In this document: piece by piece, positions 10,001 through 22,700 of the stretch
Layout: each line of letters opens with the position of its first letter
How positions within the stretch are numbered: the first letter of the stretch is position 1
Origin: Leptogorgia sarmentosa
Lineage: Eukaryota
Reading direction: 5' to 3'
DNA: 64,000 nt
Assembly: GCA_964658305.1 (NCBI GenBank)
Contig: OZ210885.1
Location: forward strand, 7,626,001-7,690,000
Translations under genes and position numbers: made by a program
Notes under the pieces: generated by a model
The model's database searches: none
Seen by the model: only the letters and a program-made list of their open reading frames with translations
Told to the model about the DNA's origin: nothing

Positions 10001-10640
10001 CTTTAGGACAACAATAGTTTCACTCGCAGGTTTGATTGTTTTCTTCCGCAGAGCCATCAATACATTCTTGCTATACACCAATCTGTGGGCACTGTTTACT
10101 TTTGCTTTGATCTCATTCTTGTCTACAATAGGGCCAGGATTTCTTTCTACGTCCATACAGATCACAAGGTCGATGTAGGTTCTATCTTCTATTAATGCTA
10201 GAAGTAGATAGCCATGTTTATTCCATTTTATAATCGCCTTTCGTGTCCTGTTGCGACGGACACAACGAGACAGTAATATTACCCGATGTCGATTCTCTCC
10301 CACATACATTCTCTCCGTTATACATATTTCGCAAATAATCTTTACATTAGTCTCTCTCAGGCATGTATAAGTGGTCCTTGGTATAAAGGTTTCCTGATTA
10401 TAGTGTAAGTGACTGACAACAGTCCAAAACAGCATAGTAAAAGCTAGAGCTAAATTATACGTGGCAGCCATGATGGCGCCCAATGACTTGAAGACTATAT
10501 ATAAATGAAAGCATTACTCAAAGTTGGCCAATTCTTTCGTTATAATGTTCATATTCCACAAGATGCCGAACATATTCACAAACACCTTCAAATAATAAAT
10601 CAGAGTAAGTTAAAATTCTCACGTGCATGTCTACCAAACT
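7010..10640 (-). mobile_element. Non-LTR retrotransposon, CR1/L2 supergroup-like, apparently full length
   Basis: Single long APE-RT ORF, short 3' UTR with AATAAA followed by a (TAC)n tail near 7010-7021 on the minus strand. The 5' boundary is approximate and no TSD was found. Confidence 0.85.
7106..10483 (-). CDS. APE endonuclease-reverse transcriptase polyprotein with N-terminal 2A-like motif (1125 aa)
   Basis: APE motifs ITESWL, VYFPP, GDFN, LD, SDH; RT motifs FRQISVL, DFKKAFD, GVPQGS, YADD; DVERNPGP at aa 111-118. Confidence 0.95.
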   Translation of the reverse strand: MGAIMAATYNLALAFTMLFWTVVSHLHYNQETFIPRTTYTCLRETNVKIICEICITERMYVGENRHRVILLSRCVRRNRTRKAIIKWNKHGYLLLALIEDRTYIDLVICMDVERNPGPIVDKNEIKAKVNSAHRLVYSKNVLMALRKKTIKPASETIVVLKSNTIFRYRGKRAGKYQNQSRKINENIPVIMGRRPINKRKMNANFQDNQLSELNLNVSMNLHKRTARNLITISTTSTSTKVTSSLPTFLVTNACHITNKLDELRGVIDINDISVAVITESWLTANIPDSAVSFSNFATYRLDRKSPGGGVLAYINHKTRTKRLSELEVEGEEILWLLLNPPRTPRPFSTILLVAVYFPPGQSVGSVEETITNISRGIDSILNKYPSSGIVITGDFNKLNLEPLCRRFGLRKMVKSPTRGNAILDQFLTNMSDILAPAQHLPPLGRSDHQCLLFKSKNRLKLPPVTRKVRQMTPRNIQSLTIAMNKENWETVINANSVDEKVSVFNALIGNILNTTMPERSIRTHPTDKPWITPCIKAHIKERQMAYTAGNKLKYDALCVKVNNLITTAKYNYYQDKAKNNKYHNPAKWYRSIYNLVGTGNSQSTLSAPTREELQELSEKLQTAFIAPWKDLTSTASVDISEVENLLKDQNPPIPSVGQVKSALAHLNSKKATGSDGIPAWFLKRFSEELAVVVHDIFKASIIQCKYPKAYKHAFISPVPKINPPEDISNDFRQISVLPQLGKVLERLQLKLHTKDIQCNTTQHAFTANRSTVSALINITQSWFDATDNNKINGQKGVHALFIDFKKAFDMVDHKTLLMKLAEHHINKSFWQWIKSFLSQRTQQVKIQNILSTFSPCPAGVPQGSVISPVLFNVIINDLEDAVPNHLPISTNKYADDCTQHELISLNSQGNMQEVVDEVIKWTSNNKMELNPKKTKDMWICFSNKIPEPPALFCGTEPIERVETFKLLGVWQQNNLKWNTHVHQTVRKACKKLFHLRECRRSNLPVEIGLTTYISKIRPILEYASPVWGGLPKYLEDEIEQIQTRSMKIIGLPKNHLPTLRERRVEATKRELLKIQSDTNHPCRVFLPTRKIHNYNLRSKPKFNKTISNTDRHKNSFIPRACSLTD

Positions 10641-10990
10641 CTTTCCCTCTGTAACACATGACTTATGGTTGAAAATCACGGTAACATCTACTTCACTGTG
10701 ATGGGTATTTAACTGCCAAATTCTTTGCGAACTTTCATAAACGAACTGTCTTTAATTTTTCATTCACATGATAATTATATTTCCCAAGAAGAGGGACAAT
10801 ACCGCCCGATGATTTACGAACTCATAAAAAAACGAACCATATTTTTGTATTATACTTCATACGGCAAGTTTCTATTGTTCGTTCAGACATCGCTTTTAAA
10901 TAATAGTTAAATATTAAATCCAGCGAATGTACAATTGAATAATCTCTTAATCTAATTCTGTTCAACCTGAACTAATCATTCTTGCTCTTC

Positions 10991-13900
10991 GCTCCCACGC
11001 AACTTGTGACATGAGTGTTTTCCTGTTATATTGTTCTTCGACCCAGCATTATTCAAGTGAAACCCGCAAACACAATTGCTGGAACGTTCTCGATATGTGA
11101 CGACATGTATTTTCGTCGTAGTTCTCCAGTTTGAACAATAACGTTAGGAAATGCAATATTACAAATTTCCTTTCAAAGGACAATATCCATCTGATGACGT
11201 TGCAACACAATAACAAACAAACATGCCTTTATACGCTTCTACCATTCGTGTAATGTCGTCTCAGGTTATGTGAGGGTGTTCTATGTCGCTCTTGACTTTT
11301 AATTATCTGTGATCTCGTGAGCCTTGTATTGCACATAAACTCCACAAATCACAACTTAGTTTATCCAAGATATTTGTCATGCAAGAGCGCTTGTTTGTAA
11401 ATTGAACTTAATTTATTCAGACAAGATACTGATAAAACTAGACAAGATTTGGATCTTTTAATAAAAGCTGAGGTCATGAATCATTACTTATTAAATGCTT
11501 TAAAGCTTTTCATTACGATCTGTACTGATTCTTGGGTGGTTATATCATCGTGAACATACATATGACTGGTGCGTGTTCAATCGTTGACATGTCATGCATA
11601 CAGCGCTACTTAATTGGGACGATTTGTTGAAAATCCTAAAATGAATTGAGCATTGCCAAATAAAGCAGCCTCCATCCTCACTTCGGGCTTATTCAATACA
11701 GACTTTAGCATGCAATAACCAGGGACGAAACAAAGAAATTATTATATTAAAGAGAACCTTGTAAATGTATATGTAAAACCTCTCAGAACGCAGGAAATAT
11801 GCGTGCGTTAGATTAAACATTTTCAGCTCGCGGTTTACCAACTAAAAAACATATAAATATAGCCTTAACATGATTAGTTGTCCTTAAAGTCTGCATATTA
11901 TCTGCAATTTAAGAGAAACACAACCCATGAAAATTTATTATTTACCTGGTAGCGTAGAAAAGGGGTCAACTATGATAAAACAAAACTATAATACCTTTTA
12001 GAGCAAGGAAACGATAGTCAATGTGACGAAATAAAGATATTTGTTAGGCATCTTCTTTGCTTACCAACAAACGAAAGAAGAAATGAAACGTGGCATTAAG
12101 TGGGTGGTAAAAATAGCTTCTGAAGTGCTTAATTCTCTCAATATAATTGGCCTTTTTTGGATACAATCACTAATATGAGCCAGCGGAGAAATGTTATGAT
12201 CATAATATATCAATTAACCTGCGTTTGTACTATGACTGCATGGCACATCATTCTACAGATGGCTATAACAATTACTATTTTGCACTAGATTAATTGCTAA
12301 ATAATTTTTTGTGTATAATGCAGGCCAGCCTTTACGTTCGTCTTACAACTCAAGTTGTTCGATTGTCCAAACGAATTATGCGTATCAAGTATAAGTTAAT
12401 AATAAATAAAGACAAAGATAAAAAGGTCAAGTTATTTTTTGCCTTCGAACATTCATATTAAAACTCATTCATAATAAACTAGATATTCGAAATATCTATC
12501 TACTCAGGTAAACTTCGTGACATAAAGACATTTAAAGTTTGCGAATTTTCTATTATTGTTGCATTACGCATGCAAAAGTGATAATCAGATCTCCAATAAT
12601 TTCCACTTCACTTCAGAGAAGATCGTCCCTCCATCGGAAAAAATTCTAACATCGAATCTCTGTTCCATTCGCATCGCTTGGAATATAACTATTATAACGA
12701 AATATGAAAATTGGCGCATTTAAATTGAAACCTCTTCAAAAACAATGTGGGTGCGGTTGTTCTCGAACGCAATTAATTAAATTGGTCGCTAAAAAATGAC
12801 AAACAATTTAATAAGACCAGAATGCAAATGCGGTATTTAACGTAAACATTGCCATTTAAGACAAAGCGTTCTTTTAAAGTAAACATTGCCATTTAAGACA
12901 AAGCGCCCTTTTAAAAACATTTCATTTGATGTTATCTTATAGCAACTTAGCTTTTCTTAGGTGCCAATGCTGAAGTACAGAGACAGAAACTTTGTGATTG
13001 AATTAGCAAAGTGTTCGTAATATAACAGCAAATTTGAGTACTCGTTCGTTTGGAGAATATTTTTCATGACTGATACACAATCTATACTTCTGAGCTTGAA
13101 CTACATAAGAGGATAAACATGGACTCAGAGCTAAAGTGTTCGACTGTAGATCGCTAATCAGTGGTTCAGATCAGCCCTGAAAATGTTATCACAAATTTTG
13201 ATATCAGTCAAGATCATCGTAATGTTCAGGTGCATGGATTAGGACCTTCAGCATTATAGTTGGGTTAATTGCTAAGTTCTGACGCACAAATTGATCCGGA
13301 AACAAAACGACAAAAAAAAACATTTGCTCTCCTCTCTCTCTCTCTGGTGCGACTTCCATAATCTCTCACAATGAGTAGCGCAAGGTTTTTTTGCCATTGA
13401 ATACGCTATTTCTCCCTTGTCATTATACGATGATTTCACTTTCCACGTACCCTTCGAAAATCTTATAATAATGATAATAATAATTGCAATTTTAAATTGC
13501 CCAATGTGGACGTAGATGTTCTCGAACAGTCATCGATTATATTTGTCACTGAAATGACAAAGAATTTACTGTGAAGAGAATGCAAATACTGTTTCTAATG
13601 TAAACATTGCCCTTTAAAACAAAGAGTTCTTTCAAAATATTTGATTTTACTTCGCCATCGTCTGTTAAAACTGTTTTATGATGGTCTGCTCTTTGTGTCT
13701 GTATGCAACCTTTGTTGTATAACTTTGGACAGGTACTCAGCAGTTTCACGTCCATTAAAAAACTATAAATGCAGGAAAAAATTGTTAAAGTGGAACTTGC
13801 CAAATAAAGCTTGTTGATGCAAATGAGGCTAGACAAAACGAATTTAGTATGCTGTTCGTCAGAAGTGAATTTAAACTTATAGTGAATTTATAACCCGAGA

Positions 13901-16900
13901 TTAACAACAAAAGAGTGATTTCTATAAAGAAAACGTTTTTGGAACCGGCTCCCTATACAAGTCTGAGTCGATTCTAATTCGCACTCATAATCAAAGTCTG
14001 ATGCATGGTAAATACATGCTGCTCCTTGCTCCCACGCAACTCGTGACATATGACTACACTAAGTTATATTATTCTTCGACCCAGCATTATTCAAGTGAAA
14101 CCCATAAACACAAAAGCTCGAACGTTCTCAATATGTGACGACATTTATTTACGTCGTAGAAGTTTAACACAGAAGCTTTTGTCCTTTTAACATCTTTGCG
14201 AATTTAACATTTGGTGAGTACTAAAATAAATGTTTTGAAACTATTTCCAGTTTGCACAATAACGTTATAAAATCCCATATAACAGATTCCCTTTCAAAGG
14301 ACAATACCCATCTGATGACGTTGCACACAATGACAAACAAACATGCCTTTACGCTTCTACCATTCGTGTAATATCATTTCTGGTTATGTGAGGGTGTTCT
14401 ATGTCGCTCTTACTTTTAATTCTCTGTGATCTCGTGAACTCCCATAAAGTTTACTCACACAAACTCCTCATATCACCACTTAGTTTATCTAAGGTATTTG
14501 TCATGCAAGAGCGATTGTTTGTAAATTAAACTTAATTTATTCAGACAAGATACTGATAAAACTAGACAAGATTTGGATCTTTATATAAAAGCTTGGGTCT
14601 TGAATCATTATTTAATAAATGCTTTAAAGCTTTTCCTTACTATCTGTACTGATTCCTGGGTGGTTATATCATGGTGAACATACATATGACTGGTGCGTGT
14701 TCAATCGCTGACATGTCATGCATATACAGCGCTACTTGGCACGATTTGTTGAAAATCCTAAATTGAATTGAGCATTGCCAAACAAAGCAGTCTCCATCCT
14801 CACTTCGGGCTTATTCAATACAGACTTGAGCATGCAATTACCAGGGACCAAACAAAGAAGTTATTATATTAAAGAGAACCTTGTAAATGTACATGTAAAA
14901 CCTCTCAGAACGCGGGAAATATTCGTGCGTTAGATTAAACATTTTCAGCTCGCGGTTTACCAACTAACATATAAATATAGCCTAAACATGATTAGTTGTC
15001 CTTAAAGTATGCAATATTATCTGTAATTTAAGAGAAACACAACCCATGAAGAATTATTAGTGATTGTATCCGAAAAAGGCCAATTATATTGAAAGAATTA
15101 AGCACTTCAGAAGCTATTTTCACCACCCACTTAATGCCACGTTTCATTTCGTCTTTCGTTTGTTGGTAAGCAAAGAAGATGCCTAACAAAAATCTTTTTT
15201 TCGTCACATTGACTACCGTTTCCTTGCTCTAAAAGGTATTATAGTTTTGTTTTATCATAGTTGACCCCCTTTTCTACGCTACCAGGTAAATAATATGAGC
15301 CAGAGGAGAAATGTTATGATCATAATATATCAATTAACCTGCGTTTGTACTATGACTGCATAGCACATCATTCGACAGATGGCTATAACAATTACTATTT
15401 TGCAGTAGATTAATTGCTAAATATTTTTTGTGCATAATGCAGGCCAGCCTTTACGTTCGTCTTACAACTCAAGTTGTTCGATTGTCCAAACGAATTATGC
15501 GTATCAAGTGTAAGTTAATAATAAATAAAGACGAAAATAAAAAGGTCAAGTTATTTTTTGCTTTCGAACATTCATATTAAAACTCATTCATAATTAAGTA
15601 GATATTCGAAATTTCTATCTACTCAGGTAAACTTCGTGACATAAAGACATTTAAAGTTTGCGAATTTTCTATTATTGTTGCATTACGCATGCAAAAGTGA
15701 TAATCAGATCTCCAATAATTTCAACCTCACTTCAGAGAAGATCGCCCCTCCATCGGAAAAAATTCTAACATCGAATCTCTGTTGCATTCGCATCGTTTCG
15801 AATATAACTATTATAACGAAATATGAAAATTGGCGCATTTAAATTGAAACCACTTCAAAAACAATGTGGGTGCGGTTGTTCTCGAACGCAATTAATTAAA
15901 TTGGTCGCTAAAAAATGACAAAGAATTTAGTATGACCAGAATGCAAATGCGGTATTTAACGTAAACATTGCCATTTAAGACAAAGCGTTCTTTTAAAGTA
16001 AACATTGCCATTTAAGACAAAGCGTTCTTTTGAAAACATTTCATTTGATGTTATCTTATAGCAACTTAGCTTTTCTTAGGTGCCAATGCTGAAGTACAGA
16101 GACAGATCATTTGTGATTGAATTAGCAAAGTGTTCGTAATATAACAGCAAATTTGAGTACTCGTTCGTTTGGAGAATATTTTTCATGACTGATACACAAT
16201 CTATACTTTTGAGCCTGAACTACATAAGAGGATAAACATGGACTCAGAGCTAAAGTGTTCGATTGTAGATCGCTAATCAGTGGTTCAGATCAGCCCTGAA
16301 AATGTTATCACAAAATTTGATATCAGTCAAGATCATCGTAATGTTCAGGTGCATGGATTAGGACCTTCAGCATTATAGTTGGGTTAATTGCTAAGTTCTG
16401 ACGCACAAATTGATCCGGAACCAAAACGACAAAAAAAAACATTTGCTCTCCTCTCTCTCTCTCTCTGGTCTGACTTCCATAATCTCTCACAATGAGTAGC
16501 GCAAGGTTTTCTTGCCATAAAATACGCTATTTCTCCCTTGTCATTATACGATCATTTCACTTTCCACGTACGCTTCGAAAATCTTATAATAATGATAATA
16601 ATAATTGCAATTTTAAATGGCCCAATGTGGACGTAGATGTTCTCGAACAGTCATCGATTATATTTGTCACTAAAATGACAAAGAATTTACTGTGAAGAAA
16701 ATGCAAATACTGTTTCTAATGTACACATTGCCCTTTAAAACAAAGAGTTCTTTCAAAATATTTCATTTTACTTCGCCATCGCCTGTTAAAACTGTTTTAT
16801 GATGGTCTGCTCTTTGTGTCTGTATAACTTTGGACAGGTACTCAGCAGTTTCACGTCCATTAAAAAACTATAAATGCAGGAAAAAAATGTTAAAGTGGAA

Positions 16901-18216
16901 CTTGCCAAATAAAGCTTGTTGATGCAAATGAGGCTAGACAAAACGAATTTAGTATGCTGTTCGTCAGAAGTGAATTTAAACTTATAGTGAATTTATAACC
17001 CGAGATTAACAACAGAAGAGTGATTTCTATAAAGAAAACTTTTTTGGAACCGGCACCCTATACAAGTCAGAGTCGATTCTAATTCGCACACATAATCAAT
17101 GTCTGATGCATGGTAAATATATGCTGCTCCTTGCTCCCACGCAACTCGTGACATTTGACTAAGTTATATTATTCTTCGACCCAGCACCATTCAAGTGAAA
17201 CCCACAAACGCAAAAGCTGGAGCGTTCTCAATATGTGACGACATTTATTTACGTCGTAGAAGTTTAATACAGAAGCTTTTAACATCTTTGCGAATTCAAC
17301 ATTTGGTGAGTACTATAATAAATGTTTTGAAACTATTTCCAGTTTGCACAATAACGTAACAAAATCCCATAAAACAAATTCCCTTTCAAAGGACAATACC
17401 CATCTGATGACGTTGCAACACAATGACAAACAAACATGCCTTTACGCTTCTACCATTCGTGTAATATCGTTTCTGGTTATGTGAGGGTGTTCTATGTCAT
17501 TCTTACTTTTAATTATCTGTGATCTCGTGAGCCTTGTATTGCACATAAACTCCTAATATCACCACTTAGTTTATCTAAGGTATTTGTCATGCAAGAGCGC
17601 TTGTTTGTAAATTAAACTTAATTTATTCAGACAAGATACTGATAAAACTAGACAAGATTTGGATCTTTTTATAAAAGCTTGGGTCATCAATCATTACTTA
17701 TTAAATGCTTTAAAGCTTTTCATTACCATCTGTACTGATTCTTGGGTGGTTATATCATCGTGAACATACATATGACTGGTGCGTGTTCAATCGCTGACAT
17801 GTCATGCATATACAGCGCTACTTAATTGGGACGATTTGTTGAAAATCCTAAAATGAATTGAGCATTGCCAAACTTATTGAACTGTATTGCTTATTCAATA
17901 CAGACTTTAGCATGCAATAACCAGGGACCAAACAAAGAAATTATTATATTAAAGAGAACCTTGTAAATGTATATGTAAAACCTCTCAGAACGCGGGAAAT
18001 ATGCGTGCGTTAGATTAAACATTTTCAGCTCGCGGTTTACCAACTAACATATAAATATAGCCTTAACATGATTAGTTGTCCCTAAGGTCTGCATATTATC
18101 TGCAATTTAAGAGAAACACAACCCATGAAGAATTATTATTTACCTGGTAGCGTAGAAAAGAGGTCAACTATGATAAAACAAAACTATAATACCTTTTACC
18201 AGCAAGGAAACGATAG
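10991..18216 (+). repeat. Tandem triplication of a ~3.05-3.1 kb non-coding unit (2 full copies + 1 partial)
   Basis: Anchor GCTCCCACGCAAC at 10991, 14028 and 17133 with colinear, highly similar sequence after each. Confidence 0.95.
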
Positions 18217-19148
18217 TGTTAAATATGTTTTTATTAGCACGAGGAGGGAATCGTTACACTTGGTCTTATAGTATTTCTACTGTTCGTTAAGATCTTCCGT
18301 CTTCTTCTTCTTGGTGTTGTTTGGTCGGTTTCTCGTTGAGTTTGTCTGTTGAGTTTCAGTAGCCTTTTCATTTGCTACGCTTTTACTTCGGTCTACGTCC
18401 ACTGACTCAAGTTCGGATGGGGAGTCCCTTTTATACTGTCGGTCGAGGGGATCTTTGGACACGTGAACAGCGAGGTGGCACGATACTGAATCCACCAATC
18501 AGCGTTCATGTGCTGTACTATGAACCCTCGTTCCAGCTCTCCGGTTCTGTTTGTTTAAGGTGTTGTCGCACTTCTCAAGTCAGTTTTTCGCTCATTCTAC
18601 CGATACTTAGACAGGTTAAGACTAACCTACTTTATTACTTACTAATAGCAAAATAGTTGAGGTGCAACCTCTAGGCTTAGCTTTATAAGTTAACTTAATT
18701 TAGAAGGGAATTTAACGAACTGAGATTTTGGTGACGTATTATTGTAATTACTCAACCGCGCGAATTATCATAAGGCGTGATTGATGGCAACCCAAAGCAT
18801 ACGCACAAGTTTCTATTTTCGCAATGTACACAGCCTGTTCAAACATCTCTGGCTTTTTTCCTCACATTCCGGTCAAACTTTGACAGTATCCAAGATTGCT
18901 TATCTTCTCTATCCGCCTAATTGGAACCGTAGTTGACATTCTGCGTAGGTTCGAAAATTTATTATTTACTTTATCTGGATTTTGAAGCAAGAATGTCGCT
19001 TATCAGCTCCTCTTCGTGCGTAATGTTTAGTTTACCTGCGAGACTTATCTTTAATGTTTACCCAATATTATGCACCTGGGTAACAACTGTAATATACCCT
19101 TTATTTTCATTTTGAAATTTGAATGGGTGTGAAACATGACATACGACA
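18217..19148 (-). mobile_element. Possible solo LTR or LTR fragment truncating the third tandem copy
   Basis: Repeat homology stops abruptly at TGTT (18217); minus-strand AATAAA just inside that end; candidate TGT..ACA termini; no TSD; the right boundary is a guess. Confidence 0.3.
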
Positions 19149-19182
19149 CTAACTAAACTAGCTGCGTGCACAAAGGTCAAAA

Positions 19183-19738
19183 CAGTGCCGGATTAACCCT
19201 ATGGCAGAAAGGGCGTCCGCCCACGGGCCCCGCGCCAATTTTTTTCGGCGCTTGGGTAGACAAAAACGGGCCCAAAAAACCGGCAACTCCACAAAAGTAA
19301 AACAACATTACTCCGAAGAGCGAGGCCCCATAGATCAGACCAAATAAAAAAAACGCGAGGCCTTGCAAATCAAAAGGCGAGGCCCAATTCGCCCAAAAGT
19401 CAAAATGGCACCTTTTTGGCTTAAAATAAGATGGCCGTTTCCGGCGATCTAGAGGCTCTAAATTCTCAAAATTTTCTCGCTCGACGCCAACCATGGTGGC
19501 GTCTGGTGAGACCCTCCCCCCCCCTCCAAGAATTACAAACTGTTCCTACGGCCCTGAAATTGCGGTAATGCTGTGATATGCCCCGACAAATATAATTCAA
19601 AAAATATGTGTGAGTGGCCCCGCCCTGAACATCTGCCACAGGCCCCGCGCGATGTTAATGTCAAAAGCATACCAAATCTTTTTAAAGATTTTTTCTGCAG
19701 TGGCCCCCCCCAGAAATTAAGAGCCAGCTACGGGCCTG
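19183..19738. mobile_element. Nested GC-rich hAT-like MITE fragments
   Basis: Begins CAGTGCCGGATTAAC; several GGCCCC subterminal motifs; MITE-like ends CTACGGCCCTG and CTACGGGCCTG. Confidence 0.5.
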
Positions 19739-22700
19739 CAACCTCCATTCCTTTAGCTGTACGCAGTAGCGTAGGACTTTGGGTCACTGGGAGCATGGTG
19801 CTCCCCCAAAATTCGCGACTGTAACAAAAGTGCCATTTTAAAGGAAAATGCGCTTTTTTCATGCATAACATTTGTATGGCTTTCTGGAAGACATGAGATT
19901 GAGCCTAAATGTGCTAAAACGTTTTGTACGATTTCAGCATTCCTAGCTTTTAAATATTTTCTTTCGACAAGCCCCGCATTGGTTGTTGACCCGGAAGGGA
20001 ATGTAAAACATTTATTTCTAACCGATTTTTATATTTCAAATGGTGCATGTATTATTTAATGAATTTATATAATTATTAACGCTTTATGTACGCGGTAATA
20101 CTATTGGGCTGTTGTTAATGTGCAGCATATTTCCTCCAAAAATTTGAAATTTCTACTGGTATTCACCGATTTCAAAACAATTGAGTGACAACAATTCTGC
20201 ATTATTTATGCCTTATAACTCAGTTATCGGGAGAAAAAATGAAGTTTAATAAGGTTGAAGTTTATATAGAGTCTATTTCGGTAAACGTTTCGTTGCTACA
20301 TCGCAATACCATCAGAGCAATATAATTATAATTATTATACTGACGTTAAGCTACTCAATTGTTCAATCACCGGCATAGATACTACAGTTTGCTTTACTGT
20401 CTGTTCTGTTATATTTTTTTTCTTTGAATTAAACGATTTATTTGCGTGATTTGTTTGTAATAACCTCCTCGATGCTGTGTTTTTGCGGCAGTTATAGAAC
20501 GAGTTCCTAGAAGTTCCAGTGACAAGAGATCATAAATAACAAACTGAATAATAAAACAATTATTGAATTCGGCTGTCGCACAATATCGTGATTTATCAGT
20601 ATTCCGAGAGGCAAAGGATGACTGATGATGTGTTCAAAATACAACGAATAATATATAATTCGACGCGTTTCATTAACGCTTTGATAACAGCCGGCGCCAT
20701 CTCAGTTATCCCCAAAGTTATGAGGTTGCATGTATATGGTTCAAAATCTTACATTTTCTCCTTCTGCCTACATGAAAAAGGTGCAATATAATAATTACAA
20801 AGCCTCTTTCTTTATATGACACACAACACGAACAGCAGGATCGTCGAGGTCGCAAAGGGAATGCTCCTTACTTGATGGATAAAACACGGTAGAGCAAACA
20901 ATTTCCAACTTTTATTCCTCACGTTTAAAGTTAACGTTCACATGCAAACTTTCTGACTTACACATTCTCACACTTAAACTCTGATTCACCAATTAACTAA
21001 AAATATTTACATATGATGTAAATCACAAAAACAATGTACTTGATCTTGAATCTTATTAGCCAGTCAAGTGCAAATAACGGAAAGGTTGATGTGGTTGAAA
21101 TCATCATATTTACTATGATCATGTTGGAATATAGCTACTAGTTACGAAATGTATGAATTCAATATTGGCGAATTGGCGAAATATACCATTGCAAAGCATG
21201 CCTATATTTGCATAATAGTCATAGTGTGCGGTATTCAGTATACGTATAGCTAAGCATTTTTGTTGTCTTTAAACTGCAACATGAAAACTTCGGAATGTCC
21301 GTGTAATTTACATGCATCATAGAGATCACATGATATCTCAAATGCAAATGTTCATAACAAATTGATTGATAAGAGTGTAAACAATTACCTTTTACACAAA
21401 AATGAGTCGTTCTCTGACCAAAAATAATTTATTTGACAAGCTTTCGGCCACTAGACTGTGGTCTTCTACAGGTACAAGATTAATGTCATAACAAATTGAT
21501 TGATAACAGTTTTGGGCGGAGTCGCATATGGGCGTGATAATAATTGCCTCCGCTAATTACGTTATTTTTATCCCAATTTCCGTAATGAAAATTCCTAATC
21601 TATGAAGTAATATAATTTAAGATATATTTTAATATAACTCGCTATTCCCATTAATCTTGTACCTGCAGAAGACCACAGTCAAGTGGCCGAAAGCTTGTCA
21701 AATAAATTATTTTTTCAGAGAACGACTCATTTTTTTGTACTATGCCTTTCCTGACCGTGCTTCATCCATATTTTCAATTAGTAATACCTTTTAAATCGCT
21801 TGATTTAACTTCTTAAATCCAAACAACAAAATCCTAATTTTCGATGATTTGATTTAGTCCAAAACACAATAACCAATTCACACAAAATCCCTGCGATTTT
21901 GTCATCTACCAGAAACAAAAATTTCGTTGTAAGCCAAATTCCCAGAGTGGGTGTTGGATGGCATCTTTACTGTCTGAATATATAATTACTTTTGAATAAC
22001 AAAATTGTTCTAAAATCGGAGTATTGTCGCCAGAATTATTGGCAGTAGATATTGGTATAAATTTTTCTTTGGATTATCGAAGTTGAAGCGTGGTTTTAAA
22101 AGATAATTGTTCAAACTATTATTATGTCTGTTTGATATTGTAAACTCGAGGCTCTTAGGGTATCACTAAAGTCGACCAGTCCAAATGAAGACGAGAAAGC
22201 TCAAAGAAATGCTTCACTGCATGGTGTATGGAGTAATTGTTGCCATAAAGAATCACGTGATTCTAGAACAATTTTGTTATTCAAAAGTAATTATATATTC
22301 AGACAGTAAAGATGCCATCCAACACCCACTCTTTGAATTTGGCTTACAACGAAATTTTTGTTTCTGGTAGATGACAAAATCGCAGGGATTTTGTGTGAAT
22401 TGGTTATTGTGTTTTGGACTAAATCAAATGATCGAAAATTAGGATTTTGTGGTTTGGATTTAAGAAGTTAAATCAAGTGATTCAAAAGGTAATTGAAAAT
22501 ATGGATGAAGCACGCTCAGGTAAAGGCATAGTACAAAAAAATGAGTCGTTCCCTGACCAAAAATAATTTATTTGACAAGATTTCGGCCACTTGACTGTGG
22601 TTTTCTACAGGTACAAGATTAATGGGAATAGCGAGTTATATTAAATTATATCTTATATTATATTACTTCATAGATTAGGAATTTTCATTACGGAAATTGG

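Noticed and set aside
7338..10178. Many short + strand ORFs opposite the LINE
   Set aside because: Antisense shadows of the long minus-strand ORF; the same applies opposite the NLR-like and Harbinger genes.
11938..11970. TTACCTGG resembling the U1 snRNA 5' end
   Set aside because: Similarity stops after about 8 nt; no U1 stem-loops.
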